DNA of 64,000 nt, taken from contig CAWAHW010000001.1 of the NCBI GenBank assembly GCA_963781885.1, positions 192,001 through 256,000 of the forward strand, given 5' to 3'. This DNA is from an uncultured Spirochaetota bacterium. GTDB lineage: Bacteria > Spirochaetota > Spirochaetia > SZUA-6 > Fen-1364. The translations under genes and the position numbers were made by a program. Below are positions 59,467-64,000 of this stretch, piece by piece (positions within the stretch are counted from its first letter, which is position 1; each line of letters opens with the position of its first letter). The notes under the pieces were generated by a model, which was not told where the DNA came from, did no database searches, and saw only the letters and a program-made list of their open reading frames with translations.

Positions 59467-61037
59467 TCACCTCCTTGTTTGCTCGCGCGCCGTGTGCGGC
59501 GCGGCGCCTGGTACCGGGGCGCCCGCGGACGCATCCAGCGATCGATATCTGGCCAGCCCCTCGTAGAGGGCTGCATAAAGCCGCGCCGGGACCTCGTAGC
59601 GCCCCGCCGCGTCGGCACGGGGCTCAAAGACATCCGCGGGAGGCCGTGTTCCCATCACCGCGTCGGCGAAATCGCGGTAGACACCCGCGCCGACGCCCGC
59701 GAGCAATGCCGCGCCGCGGCACGCCATTTCAGGATCCGCCATCGCTCCAGGCGCCTGCCCGCCACGTCGGCGCGGAGCTGCACACCGCAGTCCCAGCGCG
59801 ATCCACCGCCGTGGATGATGCAGCGCGTCACCGGACCTGCCACCTCGTCGAGGACGCGCAGATTCGTGGCCAGCTCAAAGGCGACGCCCTCCGCAAGGGC
59901 CTTGACGAGGTGGTATCTGCCGTGGTGCGGCCGGATGCCGCTGAGGGAAACCGTGGCGCGGATATCCCAGTACGGGTTGCCCGAGCCGAGGATGTGCGGC
60001 GTCATGCAGATGCCCGTCGGTTCCTCGCCCAGCTTTTCCGCCTCGCGCTGCGCGAGCGCCAGGGCATCGCGCCGTTCGGCCTCATCCTCCGGGTCACGCG
60101 TGAAAATGTTCGCGATCAGCCAGTCCAGGACGATTCCGGAAGGGAAGAAGCCGAGCACGACGTACTTTCCGCTCACCACGTGCGGGTAGCTGTTCAGCGA
60201 CGAGCAGAGCGCGGCGGCGCCGTTCTTCGGTCCATCCGCGACAAGCGTGATGCATTCATAGCTGCCCGCGGAGATGACGGCGCACCCCGGCTCCACGGCC
60301 CCTGCGCCGAAAGCGCCGCAGGGCTGGTCGTGGCCGCCAAGCGCTACCGTGACGCCGGCGTCCAGCGACAGCGCGCGTGCATGCGCCGCGTCCAGCTTGC
60401 CGACGACCGTGCCGGAGGGCCGCGGCTCGCTGAAGGAGGACGGCGTGAGGCCGACAAAGCCGAGCAGCTCGTCGCTCCATTGCAGGCGCCCGATGTCGAA
60501 GCCCATGACACGGGAGGCCATCGTGTAGTCGATGACAGGAGGCAGCGCCATCCGCAGGAGCAGGAAGTCCGCCACGCTCACGAATCTTTTTGCGTCCGCA
60601 AAAACACCAGGGCGGTTCTCTTTCAGCCACAGGAGCTTGGGGAGCGAATACATCGCGTGCAGCGGCAGACCCGTGGTGGCGTAGATTCCCTCCCGTCCGA
60701 ATCGCCTCTCCCAGGCGGGGAGCATCGGCCCGGACCGGTTGTCGCGATTGAGGAGAGCCGGGCCGCAGGCCTCCCCCCGAGCGTCGAGGGGGATGATCGT
60801 CTCACCGTGGCAGCTGACGGCCAGCGCCTCCACCCTGTCACGCCCGACGGCCCGCGCCGTTTTTCGCACCGCCTCGACAAAGGAGCCCCAGAACACGGAG
60901 GCGTCCAGCTCGTTGTCGGAGTCGGCCTGTCCCCGGCGCGCATAGGCAGACGAGCTCGATGCAAGGATCGCGCCGGTGCGGCTGAACGCCACCGCCTTGC
61001 ACGCGCTCGTTCCCATGTCGACGCCGAGCAGGCTCAT
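59467..61037 (-). CDS. FGGY-family carbohydrate kinase (frameshift near 59743)
   Basis: LGVDMGTSACK, GGHDQ, SAGS, GGGSR; …CRGAALLAG tail in the 59467..59742 frame. Confidence 0.88.
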
Positions 61038-62090
61038 GCGTCCTCCGCCGCGACATTGATCATGATCTTGAAGGAGGGCTCCTTGTGCGCATCGATCATC
61101 GGGAAGACCGCGGGGATGTCTTCGAATCCGAAGTGGTGCGTCACGATGCCGTCTGTGCGGATGACGCCGCGCGCCATCATCCCGATCATGTCCCGGTAGT
61201 CGTTCGGCACGTACATGGTCGTGCCGGAAAGTCGGAGCTCGTGCTGGACGAAGTCTGGCAGGAGCGGAACCTCCGTCCCCTTCTGGAGCACGCCGATCAC
61301 GACGACCCGGGTGCCGCGGCGGGCAACCGAGAGGATCTGGTTCAGGACCTGCCCCTTGCCGCCGACGCAGTCGTAGAAGACGTCCACTGCCTTGGAATCG
61401 CCGCAGAGCCCGCGGAGTCCTTCCTCCAGGGGGGTGCGCGCCGTGTTGATGATGCCGTCCGCGCCGCACCGCTGGGCAAGCGCCAGCCGGTCGTCCTGCA
61501 CGTCGGCGATGAATACCTTCCGCGCGCCCAGTGCCTTGCAGCTCTGCATCGTGAAATTGCCGATGGGTCCCGCGCCGATCACGAGCACTGTGTCCTGCCG
61601 CGTCACCTCCCCGCGCTTCGCCCCGTGCAGACGATACGCAGGCAGGCTCGACGAGGGCCGCCTGTTCGAGGCTCATGCCGGCGGGTATGGGCAGCGCCAT
61701 TTCGGCGGGCACGCAGACGTACTCTGCATGTGCGCCGTTGGCCTCGGCACCCATGCAGCGAAGCTTCTCGCAGAAGTTGTAGATCTTGGCCCGGCAGGGA
61801 CCGCAGACCCCGCAGACGAGGTGGGGTATGACGGTGACGCGTGTTCCGGTCTTTGGAGATCGCACGCCGGGACCGCATGCGACGACGCGGCCCGAGAACT
61901 CGTGCCCCATGACCAGCGGGGAGATCGCGTACGGGTGCAGCCCATGATAGATCGTCGGGTCCGAGCCGCAGACCCCGCAGTACATGACCTTGACGAGGAC
62001 CTCGTCCTTCCCGGGGGAGGGCACCGGGACGGTCTCCCGTTCTATTTTTCCCGGCGCGCGGAGGACGAAGCGGACCATATCGCTTTTCAC
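61034..62090 (-). CDS. Zn-dependent polyol/sugar dehydrogenase (frameshift near 61630)
   Basis: CGVCGSD, GHEFSG, CGVCGPC…C, then GAGPIG in the 61034..61606 frame. Confidence 0.88.
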
Positions 62091-62091
62091 T

Positions 62092-63503
62092 TCAGGCGCC
62101 CCTCACCGCTTCGATTCCGGTGAACTTGCAGAACATCTCCAGCGCGGCAGCCACCTTCACGTCGTGGATCAGGGTGCCGTGGTGCACGACGCCGCACTCC
62201 ACCATCTTGCGCTCCCAGTCCTTCAGGTCATTCACCTTCACCCATCCATAGGCGCCGCGGACAAAGGGCGGCATGTCAACGACCTCGCCCGTTCCGTAGA
62301 ACAGGCAGAACTTGCCGTCATACTCGACCAGGCGCGCGCAGGTGACCCCGCCCTCCTTGAGCCGGCCCTCCATCGCGCCGTGACAGGTGGGGCACCACTG
62401 GATCATGCGCTCGTTGCGGGTGAGACGCCGCTCGCCGTTCGGTGCATAGGCGCTCGTCGGGGCATTGCCGCAGTGCCAGGCAAGCCACACGTTTTCCTTG
62501 TCGGGGTGCAGATCGGTCCAATCGATGAAGTCGGGCTTTGCGACGCCAAGGGAAGCGGCATGCATGGCAAGCAGGCTGTCGGCGCCGTACAGGTCGGCCT
62601 CGCACGCGGTCGGGATGCCGCGCTCGGTGAGACGGCCCAGCACCGCGCAGACCGACACGCCCAGCTCCTCCTGCACGGCCGTCCAGCAGTTCACCGCAAG
62701 CGCGTCGAGCTGCAGCTCTTCCTTGATCTTCACGAATGCAAGCTCGCAGCGCGCAAGGTTGGCCAAGGTCATTCGCCTGGTTCTCCGAGAACTGTTGCCC
62801 CGCGCGCGATATCCTTTGCCAGCTCCGTGACCTGCTTCGACGTGATGTCGATTGCCTTGATGGATTTGATGACGTGGAAGAGGTCCACGGGCACAACCAT
62901 CTGGCCGAACTGTCTCTGGAGGGCCTGCTCGCTGATATTCTCAGACTCGAAAAGCTCGGGCCGGGTGCCCAGGAGACCCATGCGTGCTCCCTTGAAGCGC
63001 GCGATGGCGTTGACGGCGCGGGAGAATGTCTCGAGCTTCTCCTTGAATGAATCCTCCTCGGGATTGCAGGTGAGGAGATGCTCGAATGTGAAGCCGCGGC
63101 GCTTCAGGGACGCGGTGGTCATGAACTGCCCGCACCACGTGTCGGTCATGCGCGAGCCGTTGGGCAGATACGGGGCGCTGCGCGTGGCGAAGTGGAGGAT
63201 GGGCATGTCCTTCCGGGTGCCGTTCAGCAGCGTGCCGATTGCCACCTCCATGCCGAAATCCATGTTGCCGATGATGAGCCCCTGGATATCTTCCCCGCGG
63301 AACAGTGCAGCCGCCTTGCGCGCGTCGTCGATGCTGCTCACGCAGCCGATCGGTGTCAGCTCCTTCGAGGGAACGACGAGGTCGATGCCGGGTATCTTCT
63401 GTAAAACTGCGACGCAGCGGTCACGGATGGCCTCGGCGTAGTTGCCGCCATTCCATGAATCCCAGTTCGAAGGGGCAAAACCGATCTTCACCTTCAGCAT
63501 CAC
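62092..63503 (-). CDS. L-fucose/L-arabinose isomerase-family protein (split or frameshifted near 62770)
   Basis: DFGME, DTWCG, AVNCWT, ACEAD, WHCG, VHHG; 244 + 226 aa halves joined at an ATGA overlap. Confidence 0.8.
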
Positions 63504-64000
63504 ACCTCTCCTTTGACCGAATGTGCAACCGCGGGGGCTTCAAGCTCCTCCATCACGTCGCTCTCCGCCATGTGTTGAGCCGCGTACTGGTATTCTGGAT
63601 CCGCGGAAAGCCCGTACTGACGGATGCCGAATCTTCTGAACCTGCAGGAGATGCCGTTCTCCGCGAGCAGAGCGCCGACGATGCTGCCCATGCCGGTGAG
63701 GACGTTGTGATCCTCCCAGGTGACGATGTGACCGGTGGCCGCGGCCGCGCGAAGGTCATCCAATGATATCTCCTTCGGACAGGAGACGTTCAGAACGCCG
63801 ATCCGAAGGCCGCGCGCCGCAAGCGTGTCGGCGATCTCCAGCGCCCGGCAGACCGTCGATCCGTAGGTCATGATGCAGCCATCGGCCCCATTCCGCAGCC
63901 AGTCCGCGTTCCCATACACGAAGTCGTTCGACGCGGCGTAGCAGGGGCTCTTGCGCCCCGCGTCCCAGAGTATCGGCTTCGGGGACCGGCCGAGCGCAAC
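63500..64000 (-). CDS. Transketolase, C-terminal part (runs off the window)
   Basis: LGRSP, IMTYGS, VTWEDHNVLTGMG, YGLSA. Confidence 0.85.
   Translation of the reverse strand, partial: VALGRSPKPILWDAGRKSPCYAASNDFVYGNADWLRNGADGCIMTYGSTVCRALEIADTLAARGLRIGVLNVSCPKEISLDDLRAAAATGHIVTWEDHNVLTGMGSIVGALLAENGISCRFRRFGIRQYGLSADPEYQYAAQHMAESDVMEELEAPAVAHSVKGEV

Noticed and set aside
59655-62090. Dehydrogenase-kinase fusion ORF
   Set aside because: Caused by the frameshift near 61630; the kinase has its own RBS (GGAGGA) and ATG at 61037.
6580-62780. Programmed ribosomal frameshifting
   Set aside because: No shared slippery heptamer or stimulatory structure; both insertion and deletion types occur in unrelated genes.
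1-64000. Numerous long antisense or alternate-frame ORFs (e.g. 40025..42544-, 21823..23880-, 10241..12163+)
   Set aside because: Shadow ORFs expected at high GC; they overlap well-supported genes and carry no recognisable motifs.

Overview
GC-rich bacterial chromosomal window, probably from a free-living anaerobic spirochaete-like organism (inferred from the lipoproteins, the LacI-type ligand-binding domain fused to a PAS histidine kinase, and the gene repertoire). About ten single-base frameshifts, mostly in short homopolymers, point to an unpolished long-read assembly. Contents in order: lipoprotein and surface genes; a soluble sugar-sensing histidine kinase; a membrane coiled-coil protein; two tandem membrane class III nucleotidyl cyclases; a large NHL/TPR/transglutaminase-like exported protein; a GntR-controlled B12-dependent glutamate mutase/methylaspartate operon with three poorly understood accessory genes; SNF2 plus SWIM; an alpha-glucoside ABC/GH65/beta-PGM locus; KamA; a J-domain protein; GH2 and GH38 mannosidases; an RRM gene with a long structured leader; glnS; a third cyclase; ArsR/SRPBCC; and an unknown-sugar catabolic operon with two UroD-like genes. 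No rRNA, tRNA, CRISPR array, transposase or phage gene was recognised. The strongest finding is that the two tandem cyclases have lost complementary halves of the catalytic site. One keeps the metal-binding Asp pair, and the other keeps Lys/Thr/Asn/Arg/KGK. This predicts an obligate two-gene heterodimeric adenylyl cyclase with the mammalian C1/C2 division of labour and a spare pseudo-site. Next come a P-loop/AlaX-like editing-domain fusion inside the methylaspartate operon and a ~350-nt structured RNA leader upstream of the RRM gene.
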